Positions 1 to 13,626 of a DNA stretch of 64,000 nucleotides are shown here, one piece after another. How positions within the stretch are numbered: position 1 is the first letter of the stretch; the number at the start of each line of letters is the position of its first letter. Source of the DNA: Leucoraja ocellata. Lineage: Eukaryota. A model generated the notes under the pieces. That model saw nothing but the letters and a program-made list of their open reading frames with translations. It was not told the origin of the DNA and made no database searches. Location: the NCBI GenBank assembly GCA_036785375.1, contig JAWMAR010000596.1, positions 930,001 through 994,000 on the forward strand. The letters run 5' to 3'. Position numbers and translations under genes: made by a program.

Positions 1-569
1 GCTGTATGACTCCATAACTCTCTATTAATTGTTTACAAATACACAGGACTAGATGTTAAAAGTTCAAAGTGCCAAATATAAATTTACTCCCGATGTTGAT
101 AGGAGCCTTCTGCACTCACCTTTGCTCCTCCGATGTTGAGAAAGGCTAGGCAGACACGTCATTGGGGTTATCAAGTGGGCACCTACTTTCATCGACGTTT
201 CGCTGATTGAACCCACGATGTCTCCAGTAGGCTCAGCGGTGCATTTTGGCGTCCCAGAACCACCCCCCCTTTGCATCTGTCTAGTCGGTTATTTGGGAGA
301 CCAAATGGGGTCTTTCCTCTTCAGCCGGAGCCACTGGGAATAACTCCCTCTTTATGTTTATTACATAGTATTCTGAATTAATGGGAAGGAAATTAATTAA
401 TTTAATAGGATTTAATTAATTAATCCCAAATTAATGGGAAGGAAAGTTCGAGAAGGGATAAGAGAGTAAGGTCAGGGCCAATTGCGAGAGGGGACATGAA
501 GGTTCATGGCTTCAGAATGTCTGGGTCCTGGGAGGAAGCTAAGTACAGGGTGATGTCCAGATACCCCCT

Positions 570-3500
570 CAAGATCATCCTGAAGCACTTCACACTGAGC
601 AGAAGAAGCCGGAGCAAATAGAACAGAGGTGAAGCCAGCTACGAGTGATGCTGTCACCTCACCTCAGATAACTGCCCATATTGGGGCCGGGGTAGAAACC
701 TGTATCTTCTCTGTCTTGCCTGTACAGGTAATAGCAAGACGAATACAGCGTTGCAGACATATGTATTGTTGGATCATGGAAGATCGGCTACCTTTTGTAC
801 CGAAAGCTTGATGAGAAGGCTGGACATTACAGGAGAAAAGGTTAAGATTCTATTGTGTACCATGAATGAAGAGAAAGGGTAAGTTAGTCATTATATTACA
901 AGTATGGAAATATCTAGTCTGGATGAAGACAATTTTATACCAATATCTGAGGTGTTTACACATGAGACCATGCCTGTTTGTCATCAAAATATACCCTAGG
1001 ACTTGAAATAATGGCCTTACTTGAAAGATGTCAAGATACCTAAAATAAATTCTGGTATCGACCTACTTATCGGAACGAATGCTTTGAAGGCATTAGAACC
1101 TATACAGACTGTGAGGAGCCAAGGGGATGGACAGTTTGCTGTGAAAACCCTACTCGGATGGGTTATCTATGGCTCATTGAGAAGGAACATCAGAAGCAGG
1201 AACCAGAATAACCACCTTGCTGCTGCAGTCAATCAAATATCTACTGTTAAATTAGAGGAACTATTGATCAAGCAATACAATCATGACTTCAATGAAAGTA
1301 CTGGTAAGGAATTGGAAGAAATGTCCAGAGAAGAATCCAAGTTTTTGACTATTACGAACCACTCAGTAAAGATGATAGAGGGACACTATTGTCTAGATGT
1401 ACCTTTCAAACAAGAAAGTGTTAGTCTGCCGAATAATCATTGCATTGCAGGGCAACACACCCAGAATCTGAAACGCATGTTTGGCAAGAATATGAAATTT
1501 CATGAGGAATATACGTCTTTCCTAAAAGACATGATTGATAATGATTATGCCGAAGTTGTACCAACAAACCAACTAAATTGAAGTGATGTAGAGCTTTTGT
1601 ATATTCCGCACCATGTGGTGTATCACTCGAAGAAAGGGACCCTGAGGGTGGTCTTTGACTGTCCTGCAGTCTTCAAAGGGTCATCATTCAACTGCCAACT
1701 ACTGCAGGGTCCAGACTTTATCAACTCACTCATTGGAGTTCTTATTAAATTCAGACAAGAACCAATTGCTTTGATGGCTGATATTAAAGCGATGTTTCAT
1801 CAAGTCAAAGAATCAGAAAAACACATTGACTACTTGCGATTCCTATGGTGGCCTGATGGGGATGCACAACAAGATCTTGTTGAATACCGGATGAAGGTAC
1901 ATCTCTTTGAAGCAGTGTCATCACCTAGTTGTGCGAACTTTGCATTAAGGAGGACCGCAGAGGACAATAAAGCTTTCTTTCCAGAAGAAGTGACAAACAC
2001 TGTGAAGAATAATTTCTATGTGGATGATTGCTTAAAATCCATGTCTAAGGAGCAGGAAGCAATTTAAATGGTAAAACATCTGACCTCCTAAGGGAGGATT
2101 CATGCCTTCCAAGTGGATCAGCAACAGCCGTGTTGTATTGGAAAGCATTCCACTAGATGACAGAGCCAAGGAGAGCAGGGAGTTGGATTTGGACAAAGAC
2201 AATCTGCCAATTGAAAGAGCACTCGTGTTCAGATGTGTTCAAGTTCAGAATCTCGATTCAAGAGCGATCATGTACAAGGAGGGATATCCTGTCTGTGACT
2301 GGTTCTGTTTATGACCCTTTGGGATTTCTTGCACCATTTACACTTCCAGCCAGGTTAATTTTGCAGGATCTCTGTAAGAAAAAGCTTGGATGGGATGAGG
2401 GTATAATGCAAACCTCTTCTCAGCGATGGACAGAATGGTTAATGGATCTTGACAAGGTCTCGGAGTTTAAAGTGGACTGGTGTATAAAACCTACAAACTT
2501 TGGTAAGATCAGATGTGCACAGTTGCAACATTTTTCTGATGTCAGTGAAAGTGGCTATGGTACTGTTTCATATCTAAAACTGGAAAATGATGACGATAAA
2601 GTACATGTTGCATTCTTAATGGGAAAGGCCAGAGTGGCACCATTGAAGCGAATTACAATTCCCAGAATGGAACTTACTGCCGCAGTCTTAGCTGTTAAAG
2701 TTGACATCATGCTAAGGAAAGAACTACAGCTTCAACTGGAACAATCTACCTTCTGGGCTGATAGTATTACAGTGCTTAAGTACTTCAACAATGAGAATTT
2801 TCTAACATTTGTAGCAAACAGAACCTCTTATGTAAGGGGTGCTACTAATGTTTCACAGTGGAAATATATTAACATAAAGGAAAATCCTTCGGATGAAGCT
2901 TTTAGAGAACCAACAGCAGACCACTTCTTAAGCAATAATAGATGGATCAATGGACCACAGTTTCTCTGTAGGCCAGAGAGAGAATGGCCAAAGCTTGAGC
3001 TGGGATTTCAAATAATGATCCGGAAATTAAACAAAACATCACAGTGAACGTTATTGCTAAAGATTCAATAAACACAACTAATTATTTAATTACCCACTTT
3101 CCATCATGGAAGAAGCTGGTGAATGTGGTGGCTTGGTTTCTAAAAGCAAAAACAAGAAGATTCTGAAAAACTAAAGGAAAAGGTTGAAAATTAAATGCAC
3201 GTTTTTAAGGCATCATATGACTTTCAAGGATTACATCTTGATGATCTCAAAGCGGTAAACGCGATTATTTCTTTCTGTCAAAGACAGAAATACAAAGAGG
3301 AAATATCGACGTTAGAAGTTGGAGTACATGGTGTCAAAAGAGACAGTCAATTGTATAAGCTGGATCCGGTATTGGAAGAAGGACTTCTGAGAGTGGGTGG
3401 TCGTCTGAATAGACTAGCAATGCCTGAAGAGGCCAAGCATCCTATTAGTCTCTCAAAGGACTTTCATATGTCAACATTATTGTTAAGACATATCCATGAA

Positions 3501-4250
3501 CTGATCGGACATGAAGGACGAAGTTTCATGCTGTCAAAACTTTGGACTTTTGAGTTTTGGACTATTTACTGGGTACCATGCCTGACGTTAAGGGTTTAGT
3601 ACATACAGTATGACTTCAGACTAAAAACATTTTTTTAATAAGACCCATAACCAAGTTATGCTTGCTTCTAGAAGGCGAAGGTGAAGATGGAAGAATCGCT
3701 AAAGAAGTCTGAATGCTGATAAATAATGCATGTTATTTTTTGTTTTTTGATATATTAAGTTAAGCTTTTATAGCTTCTTTTTTAATGTCTATTGGTAATT
3801 GCCTCGTTATATACTCAGAACAATTAGTAGCCATTTAGCTTAACTCAGTATGTTATAACTATAACCAGTTACCTTTAAATTTTATCTGCCTGTAATTATG
3901 TGGGTGGGATTTATACGTAGTCTGAGGCGTCTAAGCGGCGGAGATTCTCGCATGGACTCCCTAGTAGTTAGTTTAGTTTGAGGAAGAGACAGTTTTTGAT
4001 CATGCACGAGCAGGACCACGAGATTATGATCGAAATGTACTTGTACAAGAAGAAGCCTTTGTGATTATCTTACTGTTTGTACTATTACAATAAAGAAACT
4101 ATTAATCAAAAGAAGATTTATCTTTCGATGGCATTGAATGTCTCGTGGAGAGCTCGTGAGTGCGTATAGATTACCTTCTGATCCTCTGTCATCAATCAGG
4201 ACTGTGACTATCAGGACTAAATCCTTGAGAATATAAAATCTGTCACTACA
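570..4250 (+). mobile_element. Degraded BEL/Pao LTR retrotransposon (copy A): end of gag, protease, RT, RNase H, start of integrase, 3' LTR ~3911-4250
   Basis: DHPEALH gag knuckle end; YVLLDHG protease; LRVVFDC, ADIKAMF and FYVDD in RT; YDPLGFLAP; HFSDVSESGYG and IPRMEL (Pao RNase H); GLLRVGGRL; several stops and frameshifts; integrase core deleted; purine tract gggtggga then an LTR-like segment with aataaa ending ...actaca. Confidence 0.9.
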
Positions 4251-4488
4251 CTGGTGGTGTCCGCTTTTAAGCTTTTGTACCTTCTGCTGGACTGGAGTAG
4301 GAAGAAGAAAAAGGAATGACCAGGTTGGGACGAGTCTTTCAATATGTTTGCTGCTGACTGCTTTTCCAAAGCAACTTATCCATGTTCTCTTGAGAAGCTT
4401 CCTGTCCTGCTGACTTTCTCCAGCACTGTGTTTTTTTAAATGGTTAAAGTATTTGGTTAATGCTCTTTCTTGTTCTATCTCTCAACAG

Positions 4489-4665
4489 CAAGACCCAGTT
4501 CAACAGCGATACAAAGAATTGTTGGTTGTGAGGGAGCAGCTATTGAAGAAACTTGAGGAACTACAGATTATGGATTCTTCAACAGGAATGCTTCCACATG
4601 TTTCTAATTCATCCACTCCATCCTCTCCTGTGCCAGTGTCTCCACGATCACAGACAACTCTCTGA
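4489..4665 (+). CDS. MTM1: Second copy of the myotubularin terminal exon (in the duplicated block)
   Basis: Same acceptor and same translation as 56981-57157. Confidence 0.85.
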   Translation, partial: QDPVQQRYKELLVVREQLLKKLEELQIMDSSTGMLPHVSNSSTPSSPVPVSPRSQTTL

Positions 4666-6317
4666 ACTGTGCACATCTGAATTCTTGTAGCTCTGATTAC
4701 TTTAGAAACTGTAAAGAATTTATATATGTTATACTGCAGCATGTTAAAAGGTTGCTGGATAGGGGTGTTGATTTATTTGCATGTTAATACTATAATGCCT
4801 CTTTATACAAAAAGTGAATTAAAACTATTTTGATAAATATATTCTAAAATTACGCTTGTGCCTTAGTTTAAATGGTAGCAGGCTGCCATTTATGTAGGGT
4901 TAATGTCCTGCTCTTTCTGTTTGCATCAGGTGCTATGCTGACTTTCTTTATCACTGAATAAAGGAAACTGTGGAATTACTCATCTCAAATCCATATGTCG
5001 CAGGGGGTCTGGTAGACCTCTATCAAACTTCTATGGGTTAAACAAATTCAATACCTTTTATAGGATTTCACAGCAAATTACTTATCACACACTGCTTCTG
5101 ACCACAATGTTGTTATCTAGTTAATCAAAGGCCAATACTAAGCATAACAAGCACAGGGTTAGGAAAGCTTTTGAAACAGTGGGGATGAGATTGATCTTAG
5201 AGTGTAGCACAAAATGGGCAAAAGCAAGGTGTCAACCTGTTTTGTGATCTGCTTGATTCATGGGCAGTAGACTTGGCACAGCTTGCTCGCACAATCTTCC
5301 ACGCTTAGTTTCATCCACAGTGTATTTTTCTGTGACCTGCTGTGGTCATATTGTCCTGATTTCACTGTTACTTTATTTCAATATCAAACAAGAATTTGAA
5401 TAAAAGATGACAAGTTCATTTCATTGTTTTTTACAGTCTGAATTTTCCGACATTTTTGTAAGTATGAACTCCCACTGAACAAAACTATCTCTCTGTATTT
5501 AAAAAAAAATCAGTAATTCTGCAGGAGAACCCATATTGCCAATGGAGCTATTCAGCTTCACAAATATCCAATGTATTTGTTAATTGGGGTTGTTTGTTGT
5601 TAGCTGCGAATGTTCCACACAATTTAAATAAAATTTGAGATAAGTTTATGAAAATATAATTTGCTCTTGAGAATGTTGACATACCTTGCCCCTTAAAAGT
5701 TGTATCCAGGTTTAGAAATTACATTTTATTATGATGGGTCAGCAAACGGAGTGACTAATTTTGTAAACTGCTGTATTTTAATAACTGATTAACCTTGGCT
5801 TTCATTGTTTGTCGCCCTGGCACCAATGGATCTAAAAATATCACGTTTAAGCCTGAAAATTTGACATTAAAATCGTGGACCAGAAATTGGCCAATGAGAA
5901 GGTATTAATGATGCCTACACTGATTCGAAGCTTTAATCCTCAATACTGTGGTGCTGCAGATGTAATGGGTAGTAAAGCATCGTGCGACATCGCACTATGC
6001 GATATTTTTCAAATCATTTTTATGTCCGCCAGATTTAATATAAATATTAGTTTAGGATTCCATGCTTGTTGTGCAAGGTCCAATTTTCTAAAATGATTTT
6101 TCTTTGCATCTTTAGTTTAATTTTTTTTAATATATAGACTGCAAAAGAGATATATGAATTTAGTTAAGTTGGCAGCACTCAACCAAGTAATTAGTGTGGA
6201 TCTAAGTTCCATTGCAGACCTCTCGACATCCTTTAAGCAGACAGTTAATGTTGCTGTTGAGAGAGCTGTATTGGCCAGAGTAGCAGGCTTCACCCGTATG
6301 TAAAATATTTCATAGAC

Positions 6318-6540
6318 CTAAAGTGCTGGAGTAACTCCGCAGGTCATGCAGCATCTCTGGAGAAACAGGATGGGTGACGTTATGGGTTGGGACCACTCTT
6401 CAGGCACTTCGGTCTGAAGAAGGGTTCCGACACAAAACGTCACCCATCCTTTTTCTCCAGAGATGCTGCCAACTTGCTGTGTTACTCTAGCACTTGTGTC
6501 TATTTCAGTATAAACCAGCATCTGCAGCTCTTTGTTTCTT
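6318..6540. repeat. Penelope-derived palindromic repeat (also at 58808-59030 in copy B)
   Basis: gtgctggagtaactc..gcagcatctctggag..ggtgacgtt arm followed by its reverse complement. Confidence 0.7.
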
Positions 6541-8217
6541 TAAAATATCTTATGGTTTTATCTTAAGGATAGGAAGGCCAATATTGATTATTAATTATCA
6601 CTAAGAAACCACATTATTTAATCTTCGATCTTGTGCATTTGGTTTCACCTTGTTAAGTCCAAGACATTACCTGTGCACCAACAATAATTGTATTCCAAAG
6701 AGTAATTAATTGATTGTATGATGCCCTGGAACATTCTGACCATGCAAAATTCAATATTTTTTTTAATTGAGCCCAACTTTCAACATTGGTGCAACACCCA
6801 ATTCATATTCATGATGCGTTGGCTTCAAACTACAGAGGCCTACATTGAATTTAGTTGCTCCCTAATCTTTGCCATTTTCACGTTATTCCACTGCCATCAG
6901 GAAAAACAATTTAGAGAAATCGTGTTTGACCTCAAAGCTTGGATTTCCTAGAAGGCTCTACTTTTACTTTGTTTAAACGCCATTATTTCATGGACAGCTT
7001 TGTTGCCATTGAACTACAATTGGATATGGCCGCTTGTAGGCCACAATAGTTCATCATACATTGTACATCCAGTGTGTTAACACTGAACTGTGCAACAATC
7101 TTACATCAAATCATGACTGTCCCATCAGATTTAACTCTTAGACCAAAAGTCTGTGGTAGTTAAACAGCAAGGCTTAGAATCCAGTGTGGATACTGAGAAT
7201 GCAAGATTATCTAGGTCACTTGTCTTCTGCCCTGTTGCAATGTGCAGCTACTTCCTGAATTTTCTGTTGCACATTTCTTTCTAGGGATGGCATACTTTTG
7301 GATTATTTGGGCATATTACTAACAATGGCTCAGTGTTAAAATAAGTTGAATTCAAGACATAAAAGCTGTAATTGGCTTTAGGTAACTAGTAATAAATATA
7401 ACCGTGTTGTCGCTTCAAATCTTAAATTGTACACTGTCAATTATTCAATTTTTCTCGATATTCACAAGAAAATTATTAAATAACAAATCCAGGCTGCTTG
7501 AATCATTTCACTATTGGCTAATCTGTATGAGCAACTTAAATGTCGAGACAAATTGTTTCAGCAGTAGCCCAAGGCTTTTATTTTGTGGGCTATCAAGTCT
7601 TCGTTATTAATTTATGTTGGCAGATTAAACTGTTATGTTAAGTCTGATACTCTCAGAATTTACTGAAAATCATAGATAATCTTTTGTGGCCAAATACCTT
7701 TGCTGTCAAATTCTTACCAATCTGATATACAAATGGTTCTCTGTGCTATGGATGGTCTGAATTCAAGCTCGTGCAAGATCACAAGAAGGGGTGAATTTGG
7801 ACTGAGTTTCAGGAATGCACATTTCGCATTGTGACTACTGACTGTATTAATTTTGTTCAATGTTGCCTTCAACTACAGCTTGCTTTGTAGCATGTCTGAT
7901 GTGAAATGAGCTCGTGTGACTGCAGCACAAGTAAATAGATGCAAAAATACTTCTAAAGTATTGATGAGATGGGATTGATGAGATGCAGTATCTTATGTAA
8001 GGGTGGAAAATGCAACACTTGAATTAAGAGGTCCTTGTGTATATGATATAACCCAATGCTAATCATCTTTTGAGTGTTCTTTTACGCCATGGATAACAAT
8101 TTCCAAATCTTTCAACCAACATTCATTTTTAATGTTCATTAAAATAATTTTATGACTGTTAATGAATGTAACTGACAGCACTTGCATATATTTATTATTA
8201 TGCAGTTTAAAAAAATG

Positions 8218-8417
8218 NNNNNNNNNNNNNNNNNNNNNNNNNNNNNNNNNNNNNNNNNNNNNNNNNNNNNNNNNNNNNNNNNNNNNNNNNNNNNNNNNNN
8301 NNNNNNNNNNNNNNNNNNNNNNNNNNNNNNNNNNNNNNNNNNNNNNNNNNNNNNNNNNNNNNNNNNNNNNNNNNNNNNNNNNNNNNNNNNNNNNNNNNNN
8401 NNNNNNNNNNNNNNNNN
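8218..8417. other. Assembly gap (200 N)
   Basis: Run of exactly 200 N, i.e. an arbitrary-length scaffolding join. Confidence 0.99.
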
Positions 8418-8571
8418 TTAATTTGGGGATATTGAAGTGTTTTCATATATTGGCTAAATTATGTCAGAAGTTTTATTATTAAAAGGGAAACTATTATTAA
8501 TGTACGTGTGTGTAACAACGTAGCCCCTTTCCCAACAGTTCTGAATGACAGTTAACTCTCATGCAATCTAA

Positions 8572-8764
8572 AGGGCCTGTCCCACTTGGGCGTCATTTGC
8601 GCTACATCCTAAAAATTGGTTGGCGCGTCGTGACGCGCGCATGGCGCGTGGTGGCGTATGCAGTGACGCGCGGTAGCGCACGGCACCCCAGGATTTTGGG
8701 ATGCTCAAAGTCCTCGTGCGCCACCTGCATTATGCGCAAATGACGCCCAAGTGGGGCAGGCCCT
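8572..8764. mobile_element. Palindromic MITE, PIF/Harbinger-like
   Basis: TIR agggcctgtcccacttgggcgtcatttgcgc / gcgcaaatgacgcccaagtggggcaggccct; flanks TAA and TTA. Confidence 0.8.
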
Positions 8765-9084
8765 TTACACTTAAAAGAAGTGACAATTTCCTTTGTTGCC
8801 ACTAACAGCATTTGTATCAGCAGTAATATGCAGAAATAAAATGAGTGTTTTAAAGGGGAGACAACGTATAGGAGTGGAGAAAGGAATGTAGGATTATTTA
8901 ATGCATTTTGATCTTAAAATCATCCTTCTTATTTATTCTACAGCATTGCTTAGATTTGCTGGAATATGTTCATCAGCAGATAGGTATCTTTGTATTTTTA
9001 TCGCTAAATCTTTCGTAGATTATTTTAGATTGGCCTCATCAGCAACAATGATGAGTCGGCCTATAGGGAGAAGGTCCAGCTCCT

Positions 9085-9835
9085 AGCAGCATGGAACGCT
9101 GACAACATCCTGGCCCTTAACTCCAAGAAGACCAAGGAGCTCATTGTAGACATCAGGCACGCACCCCCCATCCACATTAACGGGACGGAGGTGGAACGTG
9201 TTTCTCTCCGATGACCTCTCTTGGACCCACAATACCTCAACTCTGGTCAAGAAGGCTCACCAGCGTCTCTTCTTCCTGAGGAGACTAAAGAAGTTCCATC
9301 TGTCTCCTCAGATTCTGGTGAACTTCCACCGCTGCATCATCGAGAGCATCCTTACCAACTGTATCACAGTATGGTATGGCAACTGCTCTGTCTCCGACCG
9401 GAAAGCACTGCAGAGGGTGGTGAAAATTGCCCAACGCATCACCGGTCCCTCACTCCCCACCATTGAGTCTGTCCAAAGCAAGCGTTGTCTGCGAAGGGCG
9501 CTCAGCATTGCCAAGGACTGCTCTCACCCCAACCACAGACTGCTTACCCTCCTACCATCCGGGAGGCGCTACAGGTCTCTCCGTTGCCAGACCAGCAGGT
9601 CCAGGAACAGCTTCTTCCCTGCGGCTGTCACACTACTCGACACTCGGTGATTGACAATCACCCCTCCCCCCCGGACACTCCTCCCACCAGGAAAAATAAT
9701 ACTATGACTGTTTGCTCGTAAATAGATTTATTTATTGCTCATATTTATGTCGCTCTTCTAGGGAGATGCTAACTGCATTTCGTTGTCTCTGTACTGTACA
9801 CTGACAATAACAATTAAAGTTGAATCTGAATCTGA
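9085..9835 (+). mobile_element. 5'-truncated Rex/Babar-like (L2-related) LINE
   Basis: RT C-terminus LSWTHNT..LVKKAHQRLFFLRRLKK..IESILTNCITVWYG..LPSGRRYRSL; 3' tail (gaatct)n. Confidence 0.85.
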
Positions 9836-10292
9836 GATGGCCTGCAAGAAAAGTAAAACTATATTATGCTGTTTAATTCATGTGAATGGTACAAATTGTT
9901 TTAGATTCCCAATTCCTTGCTATGGTTTCAATCAACACCATTCACATGAACATATAGTGTGAACGAAAGACTTAAGAATATAATCACTAGGGGAAAGCAC
10001 ACTCTGATTTCTGACTTTTACAATCATCTGCAGGGAATGGAGGGATGTGGATCACTTGTAGACTGATGAGATTGGTTCATCTTGGCATCAGATTCAGCAC
10101 AGACATTCTGGGCCAATAGGCCTGTTCCTATGCCATGTTCTATTTAAATTTGTGCTTATATTTTCTGCTCTGAGCAAGGTAGCCATCTGTTCATGAATTT
10201 AAAGGAAATACCTGTTGCTGTAAAAGATTCAGGAATAATTTGTGTAACTGTTTCTACAGATATGCATGTAAATGTTTCCAGGCTATTAGATT

Positions 10293-10534
10293 AGGGTGGC
10301 ACAGTGGCACAGCAGTAGTGTTTCTGCCTTAGCACCAGAGACCTGACTACAGTCACTGTATGGAGTTTGTACGTTCTCAGAGTGCTCCGGTTTCCTCCCA
10401 CACTCCAAAGACGTGCAGGTTTGTAGATTAATTGGCCTTTGCAAATTGTCCCAAGTATGTAGGGTAGTGCCAGTATATGGGGTGATCGGTGCGGACTTGG
10501 TGGGCTGAAGGGCCTGTTTCCACACTATCTCTAA
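10293..10534 (+). mobile_element. tRNA-derived SINE (elasmobranch HE1-like)
   Basis: ggtggcacagtggcacagc A-box-like head, ctcccacactccaaagacgtgcaggtttgtag body, CR1-like 3' end gggctgaagggcctgtttcc. Confidence 0.75.
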
Positions 10535-10784
10535 AGATGTCCTATTTTTAATCTTTGGGTCAGATCGGCTGTTTTTTGTCAGTTGAAAATTTGCTTTTGA
10601 GGGTTTTAATGGAATCAGCTTAGCATGTAGTCACTTGTTTAGGTTAGCAAAAATAATTAGCTCTTGCTTTTTGCTTTCGTAACATAACTGTTCCCTTTAC
10701 CTGCTTGGATATTGTACATGATGTAAGTTTGCTTCACAGACAAACCAAAGGTTGATGAGTGATTTGCTAGCATTATGCCAGAAC

Positions 10785-11036
10785 CTTCAACTTCCTGGCA
10801 ACCCACCTACAGCACGAGAATTCTCGCTACGCTCCATGGTGTCTTCATTCAGGTCACCGATAATTTTTCAACATGTTGAAAAATTCACTGCGACCATAAT
10901 GAGGCCGCGACTAGTTCCCAGAATGTGGGATCTCCTCATGACCATAAAGGCGACTCCCGGCAACCACCCGCGAACATGTGGCGACTGCATAGTCTCCTGC
11001 AGATGCCTAAAAAGTTGCCTAAGTGGGACAGGCCCA
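10785..11036. mobile_element. Truncated Harbinger-like MITE (one TIR only)
   Basis: Ends in aagtgggacaggccc; internal ttttcaacatgttgaaaa palindrome shared with the 42135 element. Confidence 0.65.
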
Positions 11037-11044
11037 TTGGAGAT

Positions 11045-11998
11045 TGGTGCTGGACACATCGCTATTTGTCACCCATATCACAGATTTGAATGAGAATGTA
11101 GAAGGCAAGATTAGTAAGTTTACAAAGGGCCCTAAAGTAGATGATATTATAGACAGGGAAAATGGTTATCTAGAATTGCAGTGGAATTTTGATTATCTGG
11201 GCATGTGGTCTGAGAAATGGCTGATGGAGTTTAATTCAGATAAGTTTAAGGTGTTAGATTTTAGAAAGTCAAACCAAGGAAGGCCCTGAAGAGTATTGTA
11301 GAGCAGAGGGATCCAGGAATACAAGTCCATAGTATCTCGAAAGTAGCATCACAGGTAGATAGGGTGGTAAAGAAAACTTTTGGCACAGTGGCCATCTTCT
11401 GTCGGGGAAGTATGGAAGTTTACAACATTATGTACAGTTGTATAAGACGGTGAGTCCGCCGTTGAAGTATTGTGTTCACTTTTAGTCATCCTGCTGTTGG
11501 AAAGAGGAAATTAAGCTGGAAAGATGCGGAGAAGATTTACAAGGATGTTGCCAGGACTTGATGGGCCTGAGATATTAAGAGAGGTGGCACAAGCTCGGAC
11601 TTTGTTCCTTGCAGTGCAGGAAGCTGAGGGTGACCTTATAGAGGTGTATAAAATTATAAGGGGAATAGATGGGGTGAATGCACAGTCTTTTTCCCCCAGA
11701 GTGGGGGAAATCAAGAACTAGAGGACATAGATTTCAGTCGAGAGAAGGGGAAAGGGGATCAGAACTTCAGGACAAGTTTTTCCACACACAGGGTGGAGAA
11801 TATATGGAACAAGCTGCCAGGATGTAGTTGAGCCAGGTACAATAATATTAAAAAAAAAACATTTGGACAGGTACATGGATAGGAAAGGTTTAGAAAGATA
11901 TGGGCCCAAACGCAGGCAAAAGCAAATAACTTAGATGGGGAATATTGGTTGGCATGGATGAGTTGGGCCGAAGGGCCTGTTTCTGTGCTCTATGACTA
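11045..11998 (+). mobile_element. Old CR1-type LINE 3' fragment
   Basis: ISKF.....V, W.MEFNSDK, RRFTRMLPGL, GDLIEVYKI; 3' end gggcctgtttctgtgctctatgact. Confidence 0.85.
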
Positions 11999-12754
11999 TT
12001 AGAAAGGGAAAGATTGAGCAGGCATTCTTAAATCGATGAAAATGTTTCCTGGCATGGACTTGTAGTCACTATAAATCCCGTAATGAATATGGAGCAGTGT
12101 GAACTCTTCATCCATTTTGATTACTTTGTATGGAGAATTTAACATAATGATAAGAAAACATTTCCTTGTAGAAAAGAGTTGAAACTCGACTCCGAGTTGG
12201 GTTTGACTTGTTTAGTACATGTTGTTCTTTTTAGAATTCTTTCCCAGTTGTGTGTTTATATACTTGTGTTCATGTGCATCAGATAAACGATCAGAATAAG
12301 ATTATTTTGAAATTGTGGCGATTTAAAAAAATTACTTGTTGAATCCAAAAAGTTGAATTCTAATTCTAATTCTAAAAGCAAAACATCCCCAATGCTGAAA
12401 ATTTGAAACACGGACAGAAAATGTTATTGGCAGGTAAACATCTGTGGTGAGCAAAACACTGTTAATATTTCAGGTTAATGACTTTTCCTAAGAGTTTATT
12501 GCAGGTTATGCATGTTTTCCTAAAGACTATTTGACCACAGACATGACTCCAATCGAGAAACATGCAGACCAAACTGGGCTGACACTACAGTGAATGCTCA
12601 AGTGCTGTTGCTTTTTTGGTAGAGTTCTGATAGAATTCATATATATTTGTCCGTTGCCACAGATGCTGCCTGATCCGATCACTTTTTCCAACATTTTCTG
12701 CTTTCATTTGTAATGTTTGAATGCTGAACAAGATCAACGGGTGAAAATGAACTT

Positions 12755-13045
12755 AGAGAGTCAGTCATACATATGTCCTTCGGCCCTACTTGCCCACCCT
12801 GACCAACATGTCCCATCTACACTAGTTCCACCTGCCTGCGTTTGGCCCATATCCTCCTAACTGTCCTATCCACGTGCCTATCTAAATGGTTTGTAAAAGT
12901 TACTTTCGTACGTGCCTCAACTACCTCCTCCAGCAGTTCATTCCCTACACCCACCACCCTTTGTGTGGAAAAAGTTACCCCACAGGTTGTTATTAAATCT
13001 TTAACCCCCTCACCTTAAACCAATGTCCTCTGATTATCGAGTCTC
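12755..13045 (-). mobile_element. CR1-type LINE 3' fragment
   Basis: Reverse complement of the CR1 3' UTR and the FFTQRVV region. Confidence 0.7.
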
Positions 13046-13626
13046 GAACTTGTAACGTTTTTCAGAAAAACACATACCAATGAGTCATGTGAAAAGTAGA
13101 AGATGCAGTTTATCTGCCAAGTTCTAAATTTGTAAGTTGATTTTCCAGTTTGGAATCTAAGCGACTTTTAATTTAATAATTCTGTGTAAAGGAGAAGTAT
13201 TGGTGCCATAAACTAGAAACAAGAAGTCATTGTAACTGTTTCAGTACCACTTGCAGTTGTTCTATCAATACTGCCTTTTGTTTAGAGTCTTTCTGCAGTG
13301 TGTAACTTGTGTAAGAATGACAAGACCAACAGAATATTCAAAATATGGTTCAAATTTGCACATTGTTGTGTGCATTGACCATGTGTTCTGAAACGCTGTG
13401 CCTTGTGCTAACAGAAGGTTTAATGTTGCTGTCCATAAAGTTTTGTGGCCATAAGTGATTATTTTAGTCCCAACACAATGAATTTCTTGTCCTACTTAAA
13501 TACATTTCTAATTAATTCCCAAAGAAATGGAAAACAATTAAAACTTGTTCAGCAACAATTTAAACCAGTTTTATGACTCTGTACCAGTCAGAGATAGAAT
13601 TCATGTTTGTTTTTAAAGTGTAGATA

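Larger units (their letters stand above)
1..8217 (+). repeat. Direct copy A of an ~8.2 kb block (copy B = 52436-60720)
   Basis: Colinear from gctgtatgactcc (1/52436) to tttaaaaaaatg (8217/60720), with scattered substitutions and small indels; ORF track shows paired ORFs. Confidence 0.97.

Noticed and set aside
8162-8482. ORFs spanning the N run
   Set aside because: Artefacts of translating N.
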